Positions 33,391 through 43,434 of a stretch of 64,000 nucleotides of DNA are shown here, one piece after another. Location: assembly GCA_963765575.1 (NCBI GenBank), contig CAVXWZ010000011.1, positions 256,001 through 320,000 of the forward strand. The letters are read 5' to 3'. The translations under genes were made by a program, and so were the position numbers. The first letter of the stretch is position 1; each line of letters begins with the position of its first letter. The notes beneath the pieces are model-generated. The model had not been told where the DNA came from, searched no databases, and was given only the letters and a program-made list of their open reading frames with translations. Origin of the DNA: an uncultured cyanobacterium (GTDB lineage: Bacteria; Cyanobacteriota; Cyanobacteriia; PCC-6307; Cyanobiaceae).

Positions 33391-34236
33391 ATGGCCTTCA
33401 CCCTGCTCGAGTCTCTGCCAGACCCGCTGGAGCGGGGTCTGGAGCAGCTGCGTGGCCTCATCGCCCCATTCCCCCAGGTGCTGGTCGCCTACTCCGGGGG
33501 TGTCGACAGTGCCCTGGTGGCGGCCATCGCCGTGGAACAGCGGGGTCCGGCTGCCGAGGCGGTTACCGGGGTGTCTCCGGCCCTGGCCCCCCATCTGCGC
33601 CGGGAGGCCGGGCAACAGGCCCGCTGGCTGGGCATCCGCCATCGCGAGATCCCCACCGCCGAGCTGGCCGATCCGGCCTACGCCAACAACCCCCAGGACC
33701 GCTGCTACGCCTGCAAGCGGGAGCTGCACAGCCTGCTGGCGCCGATCGCCGCCGCCGCCGGCGGGGCGGTGGTGCTCGATGGCGTGAACCGGGACGACCT
33801 GGGGGATCATCGCCCCGGCATCCGGGCGGCCCGGGACCATGGCGTGCGCTCCCCCCTGGCGGAGCTGGGCATCGACAAGGCCGGGGTGCGCCAGCTCTCC
33901 AGGGCCCTGGGCCTGCCCTGGTGGGACAAGCCCGCCCAGCCCTGCCTGGCCTCCCGCTTCCCCTACGGAGAGCCGATCAGCGCTGGCCGACTCGAGCGGG
34001 TGGCGGCGGCCGAGGCCTGGTTGCTGCAGCAGGGCTGGGCGCAGGTGCGGGTGCGCAGTCAGGGGCAGACGGCCCGCATTGAGCTGCCCGCCGCCCAGCT
34101 CAACGGGGCCCTCAGCCGCTGGGCCGACCCCCAGGCGAGGGCAGGCCTGGTCGCGACCTTCCTCGACCTGGGCTTCAGTGCCGTGGCGCTCGATCTCGAG
34201 GGCCTGGTGAGCGGCAAGCTCAACCGCGAGATCTGA
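33391..34236 (+). CDS. larE: ATP-dependent sacrificial sulfur transferase LarE family
   Basis: PP-loop AYSGGVDS, RCYACK, DDLGDHRPG, PCLASRFPYG, SGKLN. Confidence 0.9.
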   Translation: MAFTLLESLPDPLERGLEQLRGLIAPFPQVLVAYSGGVDSALVAAIAVEQRGPAAEAVTGVSPALAPHLRREAGQQARWLGIRHREIPTAELADPAYANNPQDRCYACKRELHSLLAPIAAAAGGAVVLDGVNRDDLGDHRPGIRAARDHGVRSPLAELGIDKAGVRQLSRALGLPWWDKPAQPCLASRFPYGEPISAGRLERVAAAEAWLLQQGWAQVRVRSQGQTARIELPAAQLNGALSRWADPQARAGLVATFLDLGFSAVALDLEGLVSGKLNREI

Positions 34237-34273
34237 GCGGCCCCTGGCCCCTGGCCGCGGGCTCGACCGGGAC

Positions 34274-34768
34274 TCAGGCGGCCAGGGCAGGCAGCCGCGC
34301 CGCGGCTTGGCAGTCGTCCGGCAGCCGCTCGGTGCCGGCGATGGCGGCGGGGGTTTCGCGGCGAAAACTGGTGAGGCGGTGGCGACCGGCGCCGAGTTCG
34401 GCGGCGAGCACGGCACAGGCGCGCTCGGGCATGGTGTGATCACCGCAGGTGAACACATCCACGGCGGCATAGCCGGACTCGGGCCAGGTGTGGATGGAGA
34501 TGTGGGATTCGGCCAGCAGGGCCAGACCGGTGACGCCCTGGGGCTGGAAACGGTGGGTGATGAGGTTGAGCAGGGTGGCACCGGCCTGGCTGGCGGCGGC
34601 GGTGATGGAGTCCCTGAGGAAAGCCTGGTTGTCGAGCCGACCTGGATCGCAGTCGTAGAGCTCGAGGATGCAGTGTTTCCCAACCGTGTCGCAGGTCGCT
34701 GGGGCCGTGCTGGAAGCGCTGCTCCATCCCGGGTTCGGGTGGAGGCAGGGCAGGCTCTGGGGCATCAA
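34274..34768 (-). CDS. speD: S-adenosylmethionine decarboxylase proenzyme
   Basis: [25 protein letters not shown] cleavage site, DVFTCG. Confidence 0.92.
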   Translation of the reverse strand: MMPQSLPCLHPNPGWSSASSTAPATCDTVGKHCILELYDCDPGRLDNQAFLRDSITAAASQAGATLLNLITHRFQPQGVTGLALLAESHISIHTWPESGYAAVDVFTCGDHTMPERACAVLAAELGAGRHRLTSFRRETPAAIAGTERLPDDCQAAARLPALAA

Positions 34769-34792
34769 TGGCGGGCCGATGGGGCGCTCACC

Positions 34793-35926
34793 TTACGCGC
34801 AGGGTGCCGCTCCTTCAGAACCATCCCCCTGCAGTTGCCCGGCCTGCATCCTCACCACCTGGCAGTGCCGGCGCCAGCCGCCGCCGAAGGACTGCACGTG
34901 GGTGGCGCTCACCAGGCACTGGTGGCTTTCTCCCACGGCCTCCAGCAGCAGCTGCTGGCGCCCCGGATCCAGCTCGGCCAGCACATCATCGAGCAGCAGC
35001 AGCGGCGGTGTGCCCACCACGCTGTGCACCAGCTCCAATTCCGACAGCTTCAGGGCCAGCACCAACGTGCGCTGCTGACCGGCGGATCCATAGCGCCGGG
35101 CGGGCCGGTCGCCCAGCAGCAGCTCCACCTCGTCGCGGTGGGGACCCACCGCGCACTGCCCCAGGCGCAGTTCCTGCGGCCGTTGCGCGCCCAGCTGCTC
35201 CGCCAGGGCCTGCCGCCAGGGCTCTTCGGCTTCTTCGCCCGGCAGGTCGGTGCCGCTGCGATAGCGCAGTCGCAGCAGCTCCCTGCCGCCGCTGAGGCGG
35301 TGTTGCCAGTGGGCCGCCAGGGGCTCCAGGCGCCGCAAGGCCCGATGGCGCCGCCGGTGCAGGCGGGTTCCCACCAGGGCCATCTGCTGGTCGAAGGCAT
35401 CCAGCAGGGGCCCCGGATCGGCCCCGCCCAGACGGCGGCGCAGCAGCTGACTGCGTTGCCGCAACAGCCGCCCGTAGCGGCTGAGCAGTTCGCTGTAGAG
35501 GGGCTCAAGCTGCACCACCACCCGGTCGAGCCACTGGCGACGCAGCGCCGGCTCCCCCCGCACCAGATCCAGATCAAGGGCACTGAAGCTCACGCAGCGC
35601 AGGGACCCCAGCAGCTCGTTCTGCCGCTCCAGGGTCTTGCCGTTGCGACTCGCCTGGCGTCCTCCCTGGCGCCGCAACTCCAGCCGCAGCCGGTCGCCGC
35701 CATCACTGAGGCCGCGCAGCACGGCAGCGGGCTGGCCGTGGCGGATCAGGTCCCGGTCGTTGGCGCTGCGATGGGAGCGCAGGCTGCCCAGCAGCTCCAC
35801 CGCCTCCAGCAGGTTGGATTTGCCTTCGCCATTGGCGCCCACCACCAGCAGCCGTGGGGCATCGAGCTCCAGCGCCAGGCGCTCGATGTTGCGGTATTGG
35901 CTCAGCTCCAGACGGTGCAGCCGGAT
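34793..35926 (-). CDS. recF: DNA replication/repair protein RecF (likely non-canonical ATC start)
   Basis: [13 protein letters not shown]...[36 protein letters not shown]. Confidence 0.92.
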   Translation of the reverse strand: MRLHRLELSQYRNIERLALELDAPRLLVVGANGEGKSNLLEAVELLGSLRSHRSANDRDLIRHGQPAAVLRGLSDGGDRLRLELRRQGGRQASRNGKTLERQNELLGSLRCVSFSALDLDLVRGEPALRRQWLDRVVVQLEPLYSELLSRYGRLLRQRSQLLRRRLGGADPGPLLDAFDQQMALVGTRLHRRRHRALRRLEPLAAHWQHRLSGGRELLRLRYRSGTDLPGEEAEEPWRQALAEQLGAQRPQELRLGQCAVGPHRDEVELLLGDRPARRYGSAGQQRTLVLALKLSELELVHSVVGTPPLLLLDDVLAELDPGRQQLLLEAVGESHQCLVSATHVQSFGGGWRRHCQVVRMQAGQLQGDGSEGAAPCA

Positions 35927-35960
35927 GGGTCAGAGGCGGCCAGCGGCTAAGCTAATTCCA

Positions 35961-36059
35961 CCGTGAACGGCCACTCCGGTGGGCTCCTGCGGTCTTCCCC
36001 ACGTCAGGAGCTGTTCCCCTGACGACTGGGTCGGGCTCGTTTCCGTCCCGTGTTCACGG
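35961..36059. ncRNA. Putative structured RNA / pre-tRNA leader
   Basis: Closing helix CCGTGAAC/GTTCACGG enclosing three hairpins; family not recognised. Confidence 0.4.
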
Positions 36060-36131
36060 GCATGTAGCTCAGTTGGATAGAGCGTCAGATTCCGGTTCTG
36101 AAAGTCGGGGGTTCGAGTCCCTCCATGCTCG
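36058..36131 (+). tRNA. trnR: tRNA-Arg (CCG)
   Basis: GGGCATG/CATGCTC acceptor stem, anticodon arm TCAGA-TTCCGGT-TCTGA, GTTCGAGTCC. Confidence 0.96.
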
Positions 36132-36140
36132 TTGGCTTCG

Positions 36141-36171
36141 TCCCCCCTGCTTCGGCAGGGGGGATTTTTTT
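36141..36171 (+). terminator. Intrinsic terminator after tRNA-Arg
   Basis: TCCCCCCTGC-TTCG-GCAGGGGGGA followed by T-run. Confidence 0.9.
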
Positions 36172-36205
36172 GTCGCGTGCACCCGTTCCCGGTCACGGCC
36201 GAGGC

Positions 36206-36661
36206 TCAGAGCTGCAGGCCCATCGCCCGGATCCCGCCGGGATCGAGCACGAAGCCCTGGCGCTTCAGGGCCTCGACGGCCTCGGGAGGGGCCGACAGGG
36301 AAATGCTGCAGCCCGGCAGCTCGCGGCGCAGCTTGGCCAGGGCCCCCTGCACCAGGGCCAGCAACAGCTCCGCCTGGGCCGGGTCGCGGGCATCGGCCCA
36401 CAGATCCCAGAGGTTGGCATTGAGGGCGAGGTCGCTGGTGCAGCGCACGAACCCCACCAGCTGTTCCTCCCGGTTGACGATCCACTGATGCCAGAGGCTG
36501 CACTCGAGCACGCGGCGCCAACGCACCTCGCCGCGGACCCGCTCGCCGCTCTGCTGCAACAGGGTATCCAGGGCCTGGAGATCCGGCAGACCCGCCTCGA
36601 TCAGCCGATAGCCCTCACGCAGGCGTGGGGCCGGTGGATGGTTGCGGAATGGCAGTAACAG
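36206..36661 (-). CDS. GNAT-like N-acetyltransferase
   Basis: LVGFVRCTSDLALNANLWDL...LPGCSISL...GFVLDPGGIRAM; open frame extends upstream of TTG 36559; start uncertain. Confidence 0.78.
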   Translation of the reverse strand: MLLPFRNHPPAPRLREGYRLIEAGLPDLQALDTLLQQSGERVRGEVRWRRVLECSLWHQWIVNREEQLVGFVRCTSDLALNANLWDLWADARDPAQAELLLALVQGALAKLRRELPGCSISLSAPPEAVEALKRQGFVLDPGGIRAMGLQL

Positions 36662-36688
36662 GGAACCCAGGGAGACCTCGTGCGGTGA

Positions 36689-39600
36689 TCAGCCGGTGTT
36701 GCGCATGCCTGCGGCGATGCCGTTGATCGTGAGCAGGGCGCCGCGCAGCAGCTCGCTGCGGCTGTAGGCCCGTGCATCCTGGCGGGGCCCGACGGCCTCG
36801 CTCATCGGCGGCTGCCGGCTCTGGTCCCGCAACCGGCGCAGCAGCGCCACCTGCAGGAAGCCCAGGGGCACGATCGTGCGGTTGCGCAGGTCCACCGACA
36901 GTTGCAGGGCGGGGTCACCGTCGAGCAGACGCCGGCGGCCGGTGATCTGCAGCACCAGCTCGCGGGTGAGGCTGAATTCGCCGGCGATGGTGGCGAAGAT
37001 GCGCTCGAAAGACTCCCGGTCCTCGCTGCGGCCCAGGTCCTGGACGTAGTGATGGGCGAGCTCGATGTCCACCTTCGAGAGGGTCATCTCCACCTTGGAC
37101 ATGAGCATGCGGAAGAACGGCCAGCGCTGGTGCAGCAACCGCAGCAGGTCGATCTGTTCCGGATCGCGTTCCAGTTCATCCTGCAGGGCCCTGCCCACGC
37201 CATACCAGCTGGGCAGCAGGAAGCGGCTCTGGGTCCAGCCGAACACCCAGGGGATCGCCCGCAGGCTGGAGAGGTCCTTGGCACCACTCTTGCGGCGCGC
37301 CGGCCGGCTGGAGATCTGCAGCTTGCTGATCTCCTCGATCGGGGTGCACTGCTGGAAGAAGGCCACCAGATCGGGGTTGTCGTGCACCAGCGCCCGGTAG
37401 ACCTCGCGGGAGCGGGTGGCCAGCCGGCCCATCAGCTCGTTCCAGCTGGGCGTGTCATCCACCGGCGTGCTCACCAGGCTGTTCTGGATCACGGCGGTGG
37501 TGACGGTTTCCAGGTTGTAGAGGGCCAGCTCCGGCAGGGAGTATTTGGAGGCCAGCACTTCGCCCTGCTCCGTGATCTTGATGCGGCCGCCGAGGGTGCC
37601 GTTGGGCTGGGCCAGAATCGCCTGGTAGGCCGGCCCGCCGCCGCGGCCCACCGAGCCGCCGCGGCCGTGGAAGATGCGCAACGCCAGCCCGTGGCGGATG
37701 GCCAGGTGTTGCAGGCCGATCTGGGCCTTGTGGATTTCCCAGTTGCTGGAGAGGAAGCCGGAATCCTTGTTGCTGTCGGAGTAGCCGAGCATCACTTCCT
37801 GCAGCGACGGGGTGCCCTCCGCTGCCCCCAGCAGCTGGCGGTACACCGGCTCACGGAACAGCTCCTCCATCACCGCCGGCGCCCGCTGCAGGTCTTCCAC
37901 CGTTTCAAACAGCGGCACCACCATCACGGAGGCGTGCTGGCTCACCGGATCCACCAGCCCCGCCTCCTTGGCCAGCAGCAGCACCTCCAGCAGATCCGAC
38001 ACCGTGTGACTCATCGAGATCACGTAGGTGTGGCAGATGCGGGTGCCGAACTCCTGCTGCAGCCGCTGCAACATGCGGAACACGGCAAAGGTCTGGGCCG
38101 TGGCGTCGCTCCAGCGGACTGAGGTGGGCACCAGGGGGCGCCGGGTCTGCAGCTCGCCGAGCAGCCAGGCCACCCGTTGCTCCTCCTCCATGGCGCCATA
38201 GGACACCGGCAGCTGCAGGTAGCGGCTGAGTTCGTCGATGGCGTCGCTGTGGCGGGTGCTCTCCTGGCGGATGTCCAGGCTGGCCAGGCAGAAGGCGAAG
38301 ATCTGCACCTGGCTGATCAGGTGCTGCAGCGCCTCACAGCTCAGGCCCGTGCTCTCCAGGCTCTCGAGCACCAGCTCGAGATCGTTGCGGAATTCCTCCA
38401 CCGAGCCGTAGTGCAGATCCGGCGCCGGCGTGGTGTTGCTGAGGTTGCCCCCCGGCAGGGGCACGTTGGCGATGGTGTCGCAGGGGGATTCCCAGCCGGC
38501 CTCGGCGAGCACCTGATTGCGGGCCTTGGTGAGGCGCAGGCGCTCCAGCACGTAGCTGAGTTTGAGGCGGTAGGGCTCCAGCCGGTAGCGGGCCGCCCGC
38601 TCCTCATAGATCTCCGGGAAGCGCAGCCGGTCCATCTCCAGGGATTCCAGCAGCGCCGGACTGACCTGGCTCCACTGCATGGAGATGCTGAGCTGATCGC
38701 GCAGCTCGCCCACCGAGCGGAAGTAGCGCTCCAGCATCAGCTGGCGCTGGTAGCAGGCGGTGCGCCAGGTGATTTCCGGTGTCACCGAAGGGTTGCCGTC
38801 CCGGTCAGATCCCACCCAGGAGCCAAAGGTGCAGAAGGCTTCGCGCGGCACCTCCACGTCGGGGTAACTCTGGGCCAGGGCTGAGCGGATCCGCTGCCGC
38901 AGCAGGGGCATGGCGTCGAAGAGCACATCCTGGAAGTAGTGCAGGGCGTAGTCGACCTCGTCGAGCACCGTGGGCTTGAACTGATGCAGTTCGTCGGTGC
39001 GCCACCAGAGGCGGATCTCCTCCTCGAGTTGGAGGCGCAGGTTGTGCAGTTCCAGGGGGTTGATGAGTCCGGCCCCCTGCTCCAGCTTCTGGATCAGGGC
39101 CGCCACCCGCCGCTGCTTGTGGCGCACCGTGTGGCGCACGATTTCGGTGGGGTGGGCGGTGAAGACCAGCCGCAGGTCGAGGTCGCGCAGCAGGGTCTCG
39201 AGCTGGGCCGGCGGCACGTTGAGGCTGCGCAGCCGAGCGAAGAGCTGGCGGAAGGTGACCGGCTCGGTCTGGCTCGCCAGGGGGGGCAGGAAGGGGTCGC
39301 TGGCGCTCGGCTCGGCCTGGCTCTTGAGGCTGTCGAGGTAGGTGTCCTCTTCGATGTGCTGCTCAAGGATGTTGACCAGCTGGAAGTAGAGGGAGAAGGC
39401 GCGGGCCGCGGCGATTGCCTCGGCCAGATCCATCTCGCGGATCAGCTCCACGAAGGCGGCGCTGTTGTCGGCCCCGTCGCCGGCCTGGCTGTGTTCGCTG
39501 AGCTGCTTCAGGCGCAGCAGCCGCTCGGCCTGCTCCGGCGGACATTCACTGCGCAGCACCGTCTGCCAGAGGTCTTCAACGAGCTCCATGCGCTCGCCCA

Positions 39601-39691
39601 GCAGGCGTGTGGCCCGGGGGGAGGGTTGGGCAATGGTGGGCACGAACTGCCGCATGGGAACCGGGGTGGCAGTACGGGGGCGATCGATCAT
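36689..39691 (-). CDS. ppc: Phosphoenolpyruvate carboxylase
   Basis: [49 protein letters not shown] end. Confidence 0.98.
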   Translation of the reverse strand: MIDRPRTATPVPMRQFVPTIAQPSPRATRLLGERMELVEDLWQTVLRSECPPEQAERLLRLKQLSEHSQAGDGADNSAAFVELIREMDLAEAIAAARAFSLYFQLVNILEQHIEEDTYLDSLKSQAEPSASDPFLPPLASQTEPVTFRQLFARLRSLNVPPAQLETLLRDLDLRLVFTAHPTEIVRHTVRHKQRRVAALIQKLEQGAGLINPLELHNLRLQLEEEIRLWWRTDELHQFKPTVLDEVDYALHYFQDVLFDAMPLLRQRIRSALAQSYPDVEVPREAFCTFGSWVGSDRDGNPSVTPEITWRTACYQRQLMLERYFRSVGELRDQLSISMQWSQVSPALLESLEMDRLRFPEIYEERAARYRLEPYRLKLSYVLERLRLTKARNQVLAEAGWESPCDTIANVPLPGGNLSNTTPAPDLHYGSVEEFRNDLELVLESLESTGLSCEALQHLISQVQIFAFCLASLDIRQESTRHSDAIDELSRYLQLPVSYGAMEEEQRVAWLLGELQTRRPLVPTSVRWSDATAQTFAVFRMLQRLQQEFGTRICHTYVISMSHTVSDLLEVLLLAKEAGLVDPVSQHASVMVVPLFETVEDLQRAPAVMEELFREPVYRQLLGAAEGTPSLQEVMLGYSDSNKDSGFLSSNWEIHKAQIGLQHLAIRHGLALRIFHGRGGSVGRGGGPAYQAILAQPNGTLGGRIKITEQGEVLASKYSLPELALYNLETVTTAVIQNSLVSTPVDDTPSWNELMGRLATRSREVYRALVHDNPDLVAFFQQCTPIEEISKLQISSRPARRKSGAKDLSSLRAIPWVFGWTQSRFLLPSWYGVGRALQDELERDPEQIDLLRLLHQRWPFFRMLMSKVEMTLSKVDIELAHHYVQDLGRSEDRESFERIFATIAGEFSLTRELVLQITGRRRLLDGDPALQLSVDLRNRTIVPLGFLQVALLRRLRDQSRQPPMSEAVGPRQDARAYSRSELLRGALLTINGIAAGMRNTG

Positions 39692-40890
39692 CCCAAAACA
39701 CCGGCCTGTCGGTCTGTGTGGTCGGTGGCCGCGGCACGGATGGCCTCCCCATCCTCCAGCAGCCGCTCCTGCACCGCCATCGCTTCGGCCTCCGCGCCGA
39801 GGATGGTGGCGATCGAGGCGCCGGAGCGGTGCTGCTCCAACCAGCGCATGGCCTGATTGCCTTGCTCCAGCACCCGCTCCAGGGGGGCCAGCAGGGCCCC
39901 GAGCTGCTCCCTGGCGGCGAGGGGTCTGAGCTCCTCCAGTCCAGCTTCGATCCACTGGCTGCAGCGGATCGGCCGACCGTCCCGCCAGTGGTGCAGGCCT
40001 GCCTCAAGGCTGGCGCGGGCACTGGCCCGTTCGTTGGCATCGGCCAGCCGGGCCAGTTCCTCCGCGCTCAGGGAGCTGGCCCGCAGCGGATCCCAGCGCT
40101 CCGGCGCCTCCAGCAGCTGCAGCAGGCGCAGTTCGCAGAAGGCGGTGATCGCCAGCAACAACTCGGGGTCGCTGACCAGATCGCAGATGCGGATCTCCAG
40201 CCTGTTGAGGTCGTGGGGGCGGTCGTCGCCGTTGGGGCGCACCGATGTCCACAGGTGCCGCACGTTCTGCATCTGTCCGGCGGCCAGTTGCTCCTGCATC
40301 CAGTCCACGTAATGCCGGTGATCCGCGAACAGCGGCACCTCGGCCGGGGTGAGCGGGAACTGCAGCCAGCGCTGGGAATGGGCCCCGGTGACCCGCCCAT
40401 CGAGGAAGGGGGAACTGGCGCTGAGCGCCAGCAGCAGGGCCGCTTCGCAGCGCAGCACGCGCAGGCCCGCGAAGAGGGTCTCCAGACCCTCAAAGGAGGT
40501 GCCAGCGGTGAGGCCCAGATTGATGTGCACGCTGGCGGTGACCACCCGGGTGCCATAGGTGGCCTCGATGTAGGCGTGATACGGGTGCTGGGGATCGGAC
40601 CGCTCGAAGCGGGAGCTGTCGCCGAGGCTGAGGGTGCTGCCTGGGAGCAGCGTCAGTCCCCGCGCCTGCAGCCAGGGCCGCAATCTGCGGCGTGGTTCCA
40701 GCAGCAGCTCCAGCTGGCGGCCGTAGTCGGCCTCCGGAGGCGTGATGTATTCGAGGTTGCGGTGGTCGGGCTCGATCACGAACCCCTCCAGGGCCGCCAC
40801 CACCTCGGGGCTGCAACCCACCACCGTGCCATCGCCACGGCCGGTGAACAGTTCCACCTCGAAGCCCTTCAGCAGGCGGCGGCTGGCCAT
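39688..40890 (-). CDS. gshA: Glutamate--cysteine ligase (cyanobacterial type)
   Basis: [46 protein letters not shown]. Confidence 0.9.
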   Translation of the reverse strand: MASRRLLKGFEVELFTGRGDGTVVGCSPEVVAALEGFVIEPDHRNLEYITPPEADYGRQLELLLEPRRRLRPWLQARGLTLLPGSTLSLGDSSRFERSDPQHPYHAYIEATYGTRVVTASVHINLGLTAGTSFEGLETLFAGLRVLRCEAALLLALSASSPFLDGRVTGAHSQRWLQFPLTPAEVPLFADHRHYVDWMQEQLAAGQMQNVRHLWTSVRPNGDDRPHDLNRLEIRICDLVSDPELLLAITAFCELRLLQLLEAPERWDPLRASSLSAEELARLADANERASARASLEAGLHHWRDGRPIRCSQWIEAGLEELRPLAAREQLGALLAPLERVLEQGNQAMRWLEQHRSGASIATILGAEAEAMAVQERLLEDGEAIRAAATDHTDRQAGVLG

Positions 40891-40901
40891 GGGATTCGGC
40901 G

Positions 40902-42446
40902 TCACTGCAGGCATGCCAGGGCCTTGAGCATGCCCCGGGCCTTGTTGAGGGTTTCCTGGTACTCGGCCTCCGGCCTGGAGTCGGCCACCACGCCGGCACC
41001 GGCCTGCACCTGCACCCGCCAGCCGCCCCGCTCGGCGGGCAGCACCACCATCGTGCGGATGGTGATGGCCGTGTTCAGGGCCCCGGCCAGGTCCACGGCG
41101 CCGTACACCCCCGCGTAGGGCCCGCGGGCATCGGGCTCGAGCTCGTGGATCAGTTGCATCGCCCGGATCTTCGGTGCCCCGCTCACCGTGCCGGCGGGGA
41201 AGGCCGCCATCAGCAGGTCCCACACGCTCCTGCCGGCGGCCAGCACCCCCTCCACCTGGCTGACGATGTGCATCACGTGGGAGTAGCGCTCGATCACCAT
41301 CAGCTCGGTGACCTGCACACTGCCCGGCCGGCAGACCCGGCCCAGGTCGTTGCGGCCCAGATCCACGAGCATCACATGCTCGGCCCGTTCCTTGGGGTCG
41401 GCCAGCAGCTCCTGCTCCAGGGCCCGATCCTCCGCTTCGTCAGCGCCCCGGGGCCGGGTGCCGGCGATCGGCCGCAGGGAGGCCTTGACCTGGTCGCTGC
41501 CGGGGATCGGTTCCGCCTTCACCATCACCTCGGGGCTGGAGCCGATCAGGTACCAGCCGCCGAAGTTGAAAAAGGCCATGTAGGGCGATGGGTTGACCAT
41601 CCGCAGGCTGCGGTAGATCTCGAAGGGATCACGCTCGATGTGGGTTTCCAGGCGCTGGCTGAGCACCAGCTGGAACACATCACCCGCGGCGATGTGGTCG
41701 CGGGCCTGCACCACTGCAGCCTCGTAATCCTCCTGGCGGCGGTTGCTCAGCGGCCGCAGCCGCGCGGCGATGGCCGCTGGGGTGGCGTCGTCCCACCGCA
41801 GCGGTGCCACCCCCGCAGGCAGCGGCTGATGCATGCGGGCCTCGAGTTGGCGGATGCGCTCGCTGGCGGCGGCGTGGGCGGTCTGAGGATCGGCGCCGCG
41901 GCTGAGGTCGGCATAGGCCACTGCCGTGATCTGGCGCTTCACCTGATCGAACACGAGCAGGCTGTCGGCCAGCATCCAGCAGCCGTCCGGGGGCGCGGCG
42001 GCGGCGGAGTCTGCGTCTGCGGGATGGACGGGCACGCTGGGTTCGATCCAGCGGATCAGCTCGTAGCCCCAGAATCCAAACACTTGCCCCACCGGCGGCA
42101 GCCCTGGCACCGCCGTGCTGCTCAGCGGTTCCAGGCAGGCCGGCAACAGCTCCAGGGGATTGCCGCTGAGGAGCTCGCGCCGGCCATCGCGCCACAGCCG
42201 TTCGCTGCTCTCACCGCGACTGGTGAGGGTCCAGAGCGGATCGCTGACCACAAAGCTCCAGCGGCCGATGCGCTCGCCGCCTTCCACCGACTCCAGCAGC
42301 ACGCCATGGTCGTGGCCCGCGCCCACCTTCAACCAGGTGGTCAGAGGGGTTTCCAGATCCGCAGGCCAGCGTTTCCAGAGCGGGATGAAGGTGCGACCGG
42401 CTGCCACCTGATCGCGGAAGGCCTGGTCCAGGACTCCGGGTTCCAC
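40902..42446 (-). CDS. trpE: Anthranilate synthase component I
   Basis: LLESVEGGE, NPSPYM, PIAGTRPRG, EHVMLVDLGRND, FPAGTVSGAPK; GTG start with TATAAC -10 at 42469-42474. Confidence 0.95.
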   Translation of the reverse strand: MEPGVLDQAFRDQVAAGRTFIPLWKRWPADLETPLTTWLKVGAGHDHGVLLESVEGGERIGRWSFVVSDPLWTLTSRGESSERLWRDGRRELLSGNPLELLPACLEPLSSTAVPGLPPVGQVFGFWGYELIRWIEPSVPVHPADADSAAAAPPDGCWMLADSLLVFDQVKRQITAVAYADLSRGADPQTAHAAASERIRQLEARMHQPLPAGVAPLRWDDATPAAIAARLRPLSNRRQEDYEAAVVQARDHIAAGDVFQLVLSQRLETHIERDPFEIYRSLRMVNPSPYMAFFNFGGWYLIGSSPEVMVKAEPIPGSDQVKASLRPIAGTRPRGADEAEDRALEQELLADPKERAEHVMLVDLGRNDLGRVCRPGSVQVTELMVIERYSHVMHIVSQVEGVLAAGRSVWDLLMAAFPAGTVSGAPKIRAMQLIHELEPDARGPYAGVYGAVDLAGALNTAITIRTMVVLPAERGGWRVQVQAGAGVVADSRPEAEYQETLNKARGMLKALACLQ

Positions 42447-42528
42447 GGTCGGCGCTGCGGGCTCTGCCGTTATAGGCGGCCCCAGCCTGGCCCCCCTGCC
42501 GCCAGGGGTTGGCACGGGGCCAGCGGCC

Positions 42529-43365
42529 TCACGGGGCGGGGATGGTGGGTTCGTAGCCGAACAGCTCGAAGTCGCTGCGGTAGAGGCGGGCAATGATCTG
42601 CCGCTGTTCGGCTCCATAGGCGTCCTGGAGCTGGAGAGCGGCGTTGGTGGTGGTGCCGCGGCGCTGGCTCGGCGCCGCGGCCTGGTGCCCGAACAGGCGC
42701 TGCAGCACTTCGGGCAGGTCGTGGTCAAGTGCCTCCACCCGGCCGATGAAGTCGAAGCGACGCAGGGGCAGGCAGAGGATGCCGGCCTGGGGTGCCCAGT
42801 GCATGTCGAGGTGGAGGCCACCGGCCTCCAGAAATCGGCAGAAGCCCAGGAAGTCACCCGGCTGCCCGTGCCGGTGGGCCCAGGCCAGGAACCGGCGGCC
42901 CTGATGGCGCAACCGCCCCACCTTGTCGAGGTAGGCCGAGAGCACGCGACTGAAGGGGTTGCGCACGAAGGTGAACACAAAGGCCTCGCGGTCGAGGCGA
43001 GCGACTTCCCGGCCGGAGAGGAACAGCGGGCGCAGGAACTGGTGTTTCGGGTCCGGGCGGCGCGGATGCCGGCGGCGGAAGCAACTGTGCTCCGCCAAAG
43101 CCGCCACGACGGTGGTATTGGCGGCTTTGGGGATGCGGCTGTAGAAGAAGGGTTCGGCCGGCGAATAACAGCCGCGGGGATCGAGTTTGAACAGATCCAT
43201 GCGCCCCGTGTAGGGGTAACGCCGGTAGAACGGTGTCAAAATCTGCGCCGCGCGATGCCAGAGGCCCCGCCCCAGTTGCACCGGGCCGCCGCCGCCGCCG
43301 CCGCCGTTGCCGCCGTTGCCGTCGCCGCCGCGACCTGGACCCGGCGCCGGCATGGGGGAGGGCAT
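42529..43365 (-). CDS. Sulfotransferase (Sulfotransfer_2 family)
   Basis: 5'-PSB RIPKAANTT, 3'-PB FVRNPFSRVLSAY, HWAPQ, FDFIGRVE, LYRSDFELFGY; start uncertain (43419/43365/43353). Confidence 0.88.
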   Translation of the reverse strand: MPSPMPAPGPGRGGDGNGGNGGGGGGGPVQLGRGLWHRAAQILTPFYRRYPYTGRMDLFKLDPRGCYSPAEPFFYSRIPKAANTTVVAALAEHSCFRRRHPRRPDPKHQFLRPLFLSGREVARLDREAFVFTFVRNPFSRVLSAYLDKVGRLRHQGRRFLAWAHRHGQPGDFLGFCRFLEAGGLHLDMHWAPQAGILCLPLRRFDFIGRVEALDHDLPEVLQRLFGHQAAAPSQRRGTTTNAALQLQDAYGAEQRQIIARLYRSDFELFGYEPTIPAP

Positions 43366-43434
43366 AGGCGGCAAGGCTGGCAGGGAGGGGGACCCTAGGC
43401 AAAGGGCCGCCCCGTTCACAATGTCCTGATCCCC

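Noticed and set aside
40902..42980. 692-aa TrpE with a long N-terminal extension
   Set aside because: The extension overlaps the sulfotransferase in another frame; GTG 42446 with a nearby TATAAC -10 gives a normal-sized TrpE.
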